DNA from: Rhodobacterales bacterium
GTDB taxonomy: Bacteria; Pseudomonadota; Alphaproteobacteria; Rhodobacterales; CAZPXZ01
Length of the DNA stretch: 64,000 bases
Direction of reading: 5' to 3'
Assembly: GCA_965217995.1 (NCBI GenBank)
Contig: CBDCKB010000004.1
Coordinates: forward strand, 643,788 to 707,787
This document shows, piece after piece, positions 31,424 to 41,700 of the stretch. Numbering within the stretch: position 1 is the stretch's first letter; every line of letters starts with the position of its first letter. The translations under genes were made by a program, and so were the position numbers. Under the pieces are notes generated by a model. That model saw only the letters and a list, made by a program, of their open reading frames with translations. It did not search any database and was not told the origin of the DNA.

Positions 31424-31869
31424 TGACCGCCCCGCCGTGCATCCAGCAGTTTGCGTACCGTCGCGAATGCCGGCAACCCGCCCTGCATGAGATACTCATG
31501 TGGCATCATTCCGCCAAAGATCCTGTTCTTGTTCGGCAGTTGCATCCAGCGGTCTGCCAACTCCTCGCTGTAGAGAATGTTCAGCGCCTTGAAAATGCCG
31601 ACGAGATAGGAGATCCGGCGAAGCCTGTCCTCGTCGAGTGCACGGTCGCCCCCTTTCTTCAGAGCGTAATAGGCGCCGTTCGAGATTCCCCCGAGCAGCC
31701 GACGAGCATCGCCGTCACGAATCTTCCAGTGAGTCATGATATTGAAGAAGGCGCGTGCGGCGTCCGAACTGAGCCGCTCGCGCTCTGTCCGATCAGATAG
31801 ATCGATCAGAGGCGCGACCTCGTAGCGTGTCGCGGGATAGGCTTGAATGAGAGGCATGACATTCTCCAT
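31420..31869 (-). CDS. Xre/MbcA/ParS-type antitoxin (DUF2384)
   Basis: 149 aa; ...RRISYLVGIFKALNILYSEELADRWMQLPNKNRIFGGMMPHEYL... is the DUF2384 toxin-binding domain. Confidence 0.85.
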   Translation of the reverse strand: MENVMPLIQAYPATRYEVAPLIDLSDRTERERLSSDAARAFFNIMTHWKIRDGDARRLLGGISNGAYYALKKGGDRALDEDRLRRISYLVGIFKALNILYSEELADRWMQLPNKNRIFGGMMPHEYLMQGGLPAFATVRKLLDARRGGH

Positions 31870-31877
31870 TTATGGAG
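31864..31877. promoter_or_regulatory. palindrome CTCCAT-TT-ATGGAG overlapping the antitoxin start codon (candidate TA autoregulatory operator)
   Basis: Perfect 6-bp arms read directly. The antitoxin ATG (31869..31867) lies inside the left arm. Confidence 0.3.
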
Positions 31878-31925
31878 TGAATATAGCCCAAATATGGATA
31901 ATTGCAAGCTTTCCAATATGACGCG

Positions 31926-32172
31926 AAAGAACGAATCGTTCTTTGCGGCAGCATTAAGGAATAGATTTGGCTCTATTCGTTCTTTGCGGGGATGCTAAAG
32001 AACGAATCGTTCTTTGTGGCAGTGTGAAGGAATGAATTTCGCGCTATCCGTTCTTTGCAGGGAAGCCAAGGAACGGATCCGTTGCTATACTGCCTTTGCG
32101 GTGGTATCAAGGAATGGATTTGGCACTATCCGTTCTTTTCGGGGATGCCAAAGAACGGATCCGTTCGTAACC
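31926..32172. repeat. array of seven related palindrome-containing units (30- and 41-bp period) filling the antitoxin-fic intergenic region
   Basis: Units start at 31926, 31956, 31997, 32027, 32068, 32109 and 32150. Cores are AAAGAACGA-A-TCGTTCTTT (x2), AACGGATCCGTT / GAACGGATCCGTTC, or an expanded AAGGAATAGATTTGGCTCTATTCGTTCTT form. Most units are followed by TTTGCGG. The last unit ends 1 nt before the fic ATG. Confidence 0.9.
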
Positions 32173-33351
32173 ATGACTGCAAAACCAAAACAATCCCGTA
32201 TTGGTCGGATGGTGATTATCTCGACAGCCGGGGAAAAAGCCGAGGCATTCGTACCGCCTCTGTTGCCGCCGGTCCCTGCCATCCAGATGGACAGGCTATC
32301 CAGGCGGCTGGAAAGCGCGAGCCTTGCACTCGGTCGGCTTGATGGGGCTACGTCGATTCTGCCAGATGCATCTTTGTTCGTTTCTATGTATGCCCGCAAG
32401 GAAGCACTGCTCTCGTCCCAAATTGAAGGCACGCAGTCGTCGCTGTCGGATCTGCTGCTGTTTACAAGCAAGGCAGAACCAGTTGGGGCGCGCAACGACG
32501 CGCAGGAGGTTTCTAGCTACCTCGACGCAATGGACCATGGCTTGGACCGGATTCGGAAAGGCTTTCCAATTTCGCTCCGCCTCATACGGGAAATCCACGA
32601 GAAGCTACTTTGCGAGGGCAAAGGCAGCACCAAGCAACCGGGAGAGTTCCGTGTATCCCAGAACTGGATTGGGGGTACCCGCCCGGGCAATGCGCGATTC
32701 GTGCCTCCACCTCCCGAGCAGGTACGGAATTTGATGTCGGACCTTGAGAAGTTCATCCATGCGGACACCCCGGAGATTCCCTTCCTGATTAAAGTCGGGC
32801 TGGTCCACGCCCAGTTCGAAACCATCCATCCGTTCCTCGACGGCAACGGGCGTCTTGGCCGGCTTTTGATAACTTTCTTGCTTTGCACACAGGGCATTTT
32901 GAGGGAGCCGGTTCTCTATCTCAGTCTCTATTTTAAGACGCACCGCCAACACTATTACGATCTCCTTCAGCAGATTCGCGAGCAAGGTGATTGGGAAGCT
33001 TGGCTAGAATTTTTCCTGGAAGGTATTACCAAGACATCCTTGCAAGCCGCAGCCACCGCCCGCGAGATTCAAGACATGTTTGAAGACGACCGGTACCGTA
33101 TCGCGGAGCTCGGTCGTTCAGCAGCATCGACGCTCCGCCTGCACCAATTTCTGCAACAGATGCCAATTGTCAGAATTCCCGACGCGGCACGGAAGATCGG
33201 AATATCCATCCCGACCATCGCCAGATCGGTCCAGCGTTTAGAGAAGCTTGCAATTCTACGCGAGATCACAGATAGGCAGCGGGGCCGTATATATTTGTAT
33301 GATGAATATTTGGATATTCTCAACCAGGGAACGGAGCCTCTGGAAGGGTGA
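32173..33351 (+). CDS. Fic-family AMPylase-type protein (class II, N-terminal inhibitory helix, C-terminal winged HTH)
   Basis: ORF 32014..33351 trimmed to MTAKPKQS. Fic motif HPFLDGNGRLGRLL. Inhibitory (S/T)xxxE(G/N) motif in LLSSQIEGTQSS. The C-terminus IPDAARKIGISIPTIARSVQRLEKLAIL is wHTH-like. Confidence 0.9.
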   Translation: MTAKPKQSRIGRMVIISTAGEKAEAFVPPLLPPVPAIQMDRLSRRLESASLALGRLDGATSILPDASLFVSMYARKEALLSSQIEGTQSSLSDLLLFTSKAEPVGARNDAQEVSSYLDAMDHGLDRIRKGFPISLRLIREIHEKLLCEGKGSTKQPGEFRVSQNWIGGTRPGNARFVPPPPEQVRNLMSDLEKFIHADTPEIPFLIKVGLVHAQFETIHPFLDGNGRLGRLLITFLLCTQGILREPVLYLSLYFKTHRQHYYDLLQQIREQGDWEAWLEFFLEGITKTSLQAAATAREIQDMFEDDRYRIAELGRSAASTLRLHQFLQQMPIVRIPDAARKIGISIPTIARSVQRLEKLAILREITDRQRGRIYLYDEYLDILNQGTEPLEG

Positions 33352-33435
33352 TGTGCACCTGTTGCCCGCCGCGGTGGGATTTTCCCTGATGGGGAGGAGC
33401 CGTTCGTCGAGCGATGCGCCAAATTTCGAACAAGG

Positions 33436-33469
33436 CCAGTCGTTGGATATCAACGGCTGGTATTTTTTT
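33436..33469 (+). terminator. Rho-independent terminator downstream of fic
   Basis: CCAGTCGTTG-GATAT-CAACGGCTGG (one mismatch) followed by TATTTTTTT. Confidence 0.55.
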
Positions 33470-33648
33470 CAATTTAGGCGCTTGTATAGATTGTGTTCGG
33501 TTTGGACCCGGTAAATGGTTGGGTTGGTGCCGAGTTCAATAGCAAAGATAAGAGCTGTGGATTTAGGGCAGCCTTACGGCTTTAAGATAAGCAGAGTTGG
33601 TCATATTGGTGCCGGAAAATATCTGGCGGGGCATCCGTTCGGTTCTGA

Positions 33649-35619
33649 CTATGCTTCCGCTTGTGATAGCACCTCTGTTTCTATATAGTGCCTGAAATCC
33701 GCGGGTGTCGTAAAACATCTGTAGCCCTCCCGATTGGCAAGCGCAATTACGTTTGCTTCCTCGTTAAGCAGCACTGCTACGGGTTCACTGAGCTCCTGCT
33801 GAAGCCCGTTGGGCCACGCAAGATCAAACACTGCCTTTTGCTCACCCGTCGAAGTGTCAGCAAAATCAAAAGCCAGAATACCGTGCGGTAGACCCTGCTT
33901 GGAGACCCACTCATTGAGTGCCTCAAGCTCTTGCTCTTCGTCGTCGTTGGTGATTCCGCCTATGACACCGTCTGTGGGAGTTGGCACAGTATCGGCGGCT
34001 GCTGTCCCCGGCCTCTCAAGCCAACGGCTGTCACCGTGGAGCAGTTCCTCGAGTCTTCGATTGGTCTCATCCGCAAGCAAACGCTTTCTGGCTTCAAGAA
34101 ACTCCTGGTAGTTCTTTATTTTCCAAAGTTCCGGATCGGTTGGGATCCATTGCGATTTCAGAGATCCCGGGTGTGCTTCCTCGATTTCGGGAAAATACTC
34201 TTCGGGCAACCGGTTGCTGATGCTGAGATTGGTGTCTTTGGTCAAAAAACAGAAGTTGGCCAGGGCATTGACCACGGGTCTTGTGTAGTCACGGCAGTAT
34301 AGTTGTGACTTTGGGAAAATATGGTGAACTTCCAGCTTGCTCATTTTTCCTAGCAGTTCAGCTTTTAGGGGCAATCCCGTACCCCAGTCCCGTGCTTCGC
34401 CCATCCGAGTCAACATATAGAGGATGGGGTAGAAGCGCGCTCCCAGGCTCCAACCCAGAAAATGCGCCGGCTCGACCCGCAGATTCCCATGCCAAAGGCG
34501 CAATTGTTCGATCAATCTGTCTAGGCTTCCCTCGATATCTTCATCTTCAATGACACCAAGATCCTGGTTGATTGTGCTCTCCGTCGAGCTAGAAAAACGA
34601 CCCCACATACCTGCTTGCAGGTACCAGAACAACAATTTATCACGCTCGATTTCCGTCAAGGGCACATTGCGTTGATTGAGGTAGCGAACCATCACAGGAA
34701 TAGCAAAACGGCCGAACAGCACGCGGTTATGGTCCAGGCCGAGCCTCCCCGCTATCATGTTGAGGGTCAAATCGATGTTCTTTGTTGCTTTGTTAAAAGC
34801 TTTCTTGATATCTTCCGCATTTTTGTTACCAAGAAAATTGAATTTTGCATCTCCCGTTAGCACTGTGTTGACGGAGCGCAGTAGCCAGTCGAGGCTGAAA
34901 TCGTAACCGGCACTATTATCATACCAGGTCTTAAGTTGGGTTTTCATTTCGCGCCGTGCATCGGGCCAGTCTACGCAAATCTTTGCCAGCGCAAGATCAC
35001 CCTTGGACAATTTGGTTCCGCCGCTGTTCACCTGATTAAAAAGATCTACGATTGTATCAAGTGTCTTCTCTGGTTCAGTGATCGTGTCGATATGTAGTTC
35101 AATCTCCGGAATTCCTTTGAGGTCCAAGATATGCTTGTAGAAATCGTTTATTCTGCTTCCATATTGCTCCGGCGACTTCGATATTGTGGCGAGATAATCT
35201 CCGCCTCCGCTTTTCATTAGATTCGACATATTGACCCACAACGGGTCGTTCGCCATTTTGGCCGGTTGATGGAACTCAAAAATCTGGTCACCCAGATGGA
35301 AGTGGAGGCCTGTGAATATCTGCTTGTTGCCGTCAAAAAATTTTGGTGGTTCCCCTCGTATGACGCCATATAGCGTTGTTATGCGTTGCTGGCCGTCGAG
35401 GAGTAATTCGACTGCTCCGGCAGCCAGTTGCCCGTCGCCACGGTGCTGGACATTCTTGGATTCCGTTATCCAAACCAGCAGGCCACCCACGGGATGGCGG
35501 TGATACAGCGAGTCAAACAGCTTCCGGACTTGGAATCGATTCCAGACATAGCCACGCTGAAACTCGGGCAACGCCATGCGTCCGTTGTCGATATTGTCGA
35601 GAATCGTTGATATTTTCAT
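33649..35619 (-). CDS. GmrSD-like DUF262 + His-Me (DUF1524-like) nuclease with an extra roughly 130-aa C-terminal domain
   Basis: N-terminus LPEFQRGYVWNRFQVRKLFDSLYHRHPVGGLLVW...LLDGQQRITTL (DUF262 DGQQR motif). Central EVHHIFPKS...NFCFLTKDTNLSISN (His-Me finger). AT-rich relative to the core. GGAGG RBS. Confidence 0.85.
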   Translation of the reverse strand: MKISTILDNIDNGRMALPEFQRGYVWNRFQVRKLFDSLYHRHPVGGLLVWITESKNVQHRGDGQLAAGAVELLLDGQQRITTLYGVIRGEPPKFFDGNKQIFTGLHFHLGDQIFEFHQPAKMANDPLWVNMSNLMKSGGGDYLATISKSPEQYGSRINDFYKHILDLKGIPEIELHIDTITEPEKTLDTIVDLFNQVNSGGTKLSKGDLALAKICVDWPDARREMKTQLKTWYDNSAGYDFSLDWLLRSVNTVLTGDAKFNFLGNKNAEDIKKAFNKATKNIDLTLNMIAGRLGLDHNRVLFGRFAIPVMVRYLNQRNVPLTEIERDKLLFWYLQAGMWGRFSSSTESTINQDLGVIEDEDIEGSLDRLIEQLRLWHGNLRVEPAHFLGWSLGARFYPILYMLTRMGEARDWGTGLPLKAELLGKMSKLEVHHIFPKSQLYCRDYTRPVVNALANFCFLTKDTNLSISNRLPEEYFPEIEEAHPGSLKSQWIPTDPELWKIKNYQEFLEARKRLLADETNRRLEELLHGDSRWLERPGTAAADTVPTPTDGVIGGITNDDEEQELEALNEWVSKQGLPHGILAFDFADTSTGEQKAVFDLAWPNGLQQELSEPVAVLLNEEANVIALANREGYRCFTTPADFRHYIETEVLSQAEA

Positions 35620-36200
35620 CTAGCTTTGGCCTCCACGTGATTTGAAAGAACCGTCCCGATACTTGTTCTATGTTGTCTTCAAGTATTGTTGCGCCGGAAT
35701 TTGCATTAGTCAATGTCGGAGGGCAAGATAAACGACGAATTTGGACTATCCGGACCGTCGGCGTTCGATTTCTCCCAACCCTGCACCATTACTGAATTTC
35801 GTCCATCTATGTATCCCGGGTTGTGAAGCTCTGCACGGTTATTTTCACTTAAGCCAAGCCTACTGATGGGTGCCGCGCCCTTGAGAAGGCACCGGTTGCG
35901 TCGGTGCTTGGAAGTCCTAGCGGGCGGCTGCAGCAGACCACGAGATCGCCCCGGTCACCGCCTTGGAGACGGGCCCGGTCGTGCTCGCCCTCGCCGATGA
36001 CAACCCGCGGGTATTTTGTGTCCACCGCCGCTACCAAAAGCGGCTGATAACATCCGGCCGAGACGCGGAAGGGCGACGTGATGTGCACGTCCCTCAAGGA
36101 GAACGGCACCGTCCGCATAACGGGAGAAGAAAAGAGGCACTCGAGGGTATCAAAAACCTGTCCTCGGTTGCAACAGCGTTGCGACCGAGGACATTCTTGT

Positions 36201-36449
36201 TCATTTGCGCACAGTGGCAAGCTTTTGCATTGCGGGGTTGAAAACACGCTTTATCATTTCTTCTGCTGTTTGTTGTTCTCCGGGGTTGAGGTTACAAAAG
36301 GCAGGACTTTTTCGGAAATCTTCTTGAAAATTAGTGATAAGGTCAATTGTGGTTAGCTTTCCACCTATGCAAGGAATCGTATGGGCCAACAGAGCCTCTA
36401 GTACAGCTACGCGGCCGGTAAGTTGGTTCACGGTTTTGTCGATTGTCAT
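36201..36449 (-). CDS. hypothetical 82-aa protein (AT-rich, island-associated)
   Basis: ATG preceded by a GGAG RBS (ATAGGAGACCACAATG). No recognisable motif. Composition matches the neighbouring foreign DUF262 gene rather than the core. Confidence 0.45.
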   Translation of the reverse strand: MTIDKTVNQLTGRVAVLEALLAHTIPCIGGKLTTIDLITNFQEDFRKSPAFCNLNPGEQQTAEEMIKRVFNPAMQKLATVRK

Positions 36450-36742
36450 TGTGGTCTCCTATGTTTGACGATGAAGGTAACGGCCACCACTATACTACGA
36501 AATATCCGTGGACACAAGTTGTCTTATGCATTCGGCACGTATCGACAGATCCACCTCGCCTGGAGCGGGCGGTGCACAGCCTCTTTCAGAGAAGTGGTGA
36601 GCATTCCACTCTTGATATCGTGCGGAAAACCGGTGTCTGCACTATGAACTTGACTATCGCCGAGCTTGGAAGGGCCGCCGATGCGGAGCTTCCGGTGTCC
36701 CCGTTCTGCGCTCCGGCTTCGGTCTTCGTGCTGCCTGCGCGG

Positions 36743-39436
<2,694 letters not shown>

Positions 39437-39486
39437 CTTGCTTCTCCCCTTTCCGTTCCGCTCCCGCACAGGGCAATATACCGGGG

Positions 39487-40119
39487 ATGATCGAGTTTTC
39501 TGCCGAGAAACTTGCCTGCGACCGTGCCGGGCACCGGGTGTTTGCCGGGCTTGCCTTTGCATTGCGGGCCGGAGAGATTGCCCATCTCCGCGGCCCGAAC
39601 GGCTCCGGGAAGTCCTCGCTGCTGGCCGTGCTCGCGGGCCTGCTGCCCGCGGCCGCCGGAAATGTGCGGATTGACGGCCAGCCAGCGGGGGCCGGGATGC
39701 TCACGGCGGCGGCCGCCTATGCCGGGCACCAGGACGGGCTGAAACCGGCCCTCACCCTCCAGGAAAACCTTGTCGGCTGGCTGCGCATTCTGGGGGCGGA
39801 AGAGACCGGGGGGGAAGCCGCGCTGGCCCGGATGGGGATCGTGGCCCGGGCCGGCACGCCGGCACGTTTCTGCTCGGCCGGGGAACGCCGCCGCGCCGCC
39901 CTCGCCCGGGTGTTTGCCACCGGCCGGCCGGTCTGGCTTCTGGACGAGCCGGCCGCCTCTCTGGATGCGGATGGAATCGAACGGCTCTCGGCGGCCCTGG
40001 CCGGTCATGCGGCATCCGGGGGCCTGGCGGTGGTGGCGACGCACCAGCCTCTCACCCCGGCCCCGGCGGTGACCGTGGAGCTGGCTGCCGGCACCTTTCG
40101 GGATCCGGATTCCGCATGA
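39487..40119 (+). CDS. ccmA: heme exporter ATP-binding protein CcmA
   Basis: Walker [12 protein letters not shown] and ABC signature SAGERRR. Followed by ccmB with a 4-nt overlap. Confidence 0.9.
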   Translation: MIEFSAEKLACDRAGHRVFAGLAFALRAGEIAHLRGPNGSGKSSLLAVLAGLLPAAAGNVRIDGQPAGAGMLTAAAAYAGHQDGLKPALTLQENLVGWLRILGAEETGGEAALARMGIVARAGTPARFCSAGERRRAALARVFATGRPVWLLDEPAASLDADGIERLSAALAGHAASGGLAVVATHQPLTPAPAVTVELAAGTFRDPDSA

Positions 40120-40769
40120 GGGTGTTCGCGGCGGTACTGGCGCGCGATCTTGCGGTCGCCCTGCGCGGCGGCGGGGCCGGGGTGCCGCTCGCCTTCTTCC
40201 TGCTGGTGGCGGCCGTCCTGCCGTTCGGGATCGGGGCGGATCCCGCGACGCTGGCCCGGGTGTCGGCGGGGTCGGTGTGGATCGGTGCGCTGCTCGCCTG
40301 CCTGCTGTCGCTGGACCGGCTGTTCCGCGCCGATCTGGAGGATGGTTCGCTGGACATTCTCCGCACGTCGCCCCTGCCGCTGGAGATGACCGTCCTCGCC
40401 AAATGTCTGGCCAATTGGCTGACCACCGGCCTTCCGCTCGCCCTGGCCGTTCCGGCGGTCGGGGTGCTGCACGGGACGCCGCCGGCGGCCTGGGGCGGTC
40501 TGGCCCTGTCCCTGCTGGTCGGAACCCCGTCGCTGACGCTCCTGGGCAGTATCGGGGCGGCGCTCTCGGCGGGCCTGCGCGCTTCGGGCCTGCTGATTCC
40601 GGTGCTGGTGGTGCCGCTGTCGGTGCCGGTCCTGATTTTTGGCGCGGCCGCGGCCGGGAGCGGTGGTCCGGCGGATGCGGGACTGCTGTATCTCGGTGCG
40701 ATCGGGCTCGCGGCCCTGTGGATCGCACCGGTTGCATCGGCCATGGCCCTCCGTCCGGGCGGAGACTGA
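40116..40769 (+). CDS. ccmB: heme exporter protein CcmB
   Basis: 217-aa polytopic membrane protein. FRADLEDGSLD motif typical of CcmB. Confidence 0.9.
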   Translation: MRVFAAVLARDLAVALRGGGAGVPLAFFLLVAAVLPFGIGADPATLARVSAGSVWIGALLACLLSLDRLFRADLEDGSLDILRTSPLPLEMTVLAKCLANWLTTGLPLALAVPAVGVLHGTPPAAWGGLALSLLVGTPSLTLLGSIGAALSAGLRASGLLIPVLVVPLSVPVLIFGAAAAGSGGPADAGLLYLGAIGLAALWIAPVASAMALRPGGD

Positions 40770-40821
40770 ACCGCGCGTCCCCGGCTCCATGCACCGGGTC
40801 GGGGTGCGTATAGTGCCGCGC

Positions 40822-41700
40822 ATGGCCGAAACAGTTCCCGCCGGGATACCGTTCCGCAAGATGCACGGGCTCGGCAATGATTTCGTGATTCTCGATGCCC
40901 GCGCCGGCGCACCGGCGGAGCCCCGCGCGGAATTTGTGCGGGCCTTGGGCGACCGCTTCCAGGGGTTGGGCTTTGACCAGCTGGTGGTGGTCTCGGAGGC
41001 GGAGGGAGAGGCCGATGCCGCTCTCCGCTTCTGGAACGCGGATGGTTCCCGTGCGGGGGCATGCGGCAACGGCACCCGCTGCGCCGCCGAGCTTCTGCTC
41101 CGCGAGCGCGATGCGGCGGAGGTCCGTCTCCGCATTGGTGCCCGGCGGGTCACCTGCGAACGGACGGAGGCCGGAGAGGTCCGTGTCGATATGGGCGTTC
41201 CGCAGTTTGACTGGCGCGGGGTTCCTCTCGCCGAGGCCCGGGACACCCGTGAATTTCCGACCCCTGCCCCGGCTGCGGAGATCGCCGCGAGTGCCAGTGC
41301 GGTCGGCATGGGCAATCCGCATTGTGTGCTGTTTGTCGAGCGTCTTGCCGATGTCGATCTCCGCACGGTCGGCCCGCGGGTCGAGCGCGATCCGCTGTTC
41401 CCCGAGGGGGCCAATGTTTCGTTCGCGGAGGTCCGCTCCCCGGGGCGAATCGTCCTGCGGGTCTGGGAGCGCGGCAGCGGTGCCACCCTTGCCTGCGGCT
41501 CGGCGGCCTGTGCGACCCTGGTTGCGGCTGTGCGGCGCGGGATGACGGAGCGCAGGGTGGAGATTGAATTCGAGACCGGTGCGCTGCACCTCGACTGGCC
41601 GGCGGAGGATGCCGGGGTGTGGATGACCGGCCCGGTCACCTGTGTGGCGGTCGGCGAGATCTCCCCGGCCTTCCTGGCCGCCCATGGCGGGTATGGGTGA
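40822..41700 (+). CDS. dapF: diaminopimelate epimerase
   Basis: ORF 40639..41700 trimmed to MAETVPAGIPFRKMHGLGNDFVILD. Catalytic Cys motifs NADGSRAGACGNG and SGATLACGS. Confidence 0.9.
   Translation: MAETVPAGIPFRKMHGLGNDFVILDARAGAPAEPRAEFVRALGDRFQGLGFDQLVVVSEAEGEADAALRFWNADGSRAGACGNGTRCAAELLLRERDAAEVRLRIGARRVTCERTEAGEVRVDMGVPQFDWRGVPLAEARDTREFPTPAPAAEIAASASAVGMGNPHCVLFVERLADVDLRTVGPRVERDPLFPEGANVSFAEVRSPGRIVLRVWERGSGATLACGSAACATLVAAVRRGMTERRVEIEFETGALHLDWPAEDAGVWMTGPVTCVAVGEISPAFLAAHGGYG

Noticed and set aside
31926-32172. Possibility that the repeat array is a small CRISPR array
   Set aside because: The intervening segments are homologous to each other rather than unique. The units are internally palindromic with a 30/41-bp period, there are no cas genes, and the array abuts a start codon.
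35849-36247. 132-aa minus ORF as a full-length gene
   Set aside because: Its first third is Cys/Arg-rich and overlaps the 82-aa ORF. Only the distal 89 codons look coding-like, and they lack an RBS. I keep it as a possible gene remnant in the findings, not as a feature.
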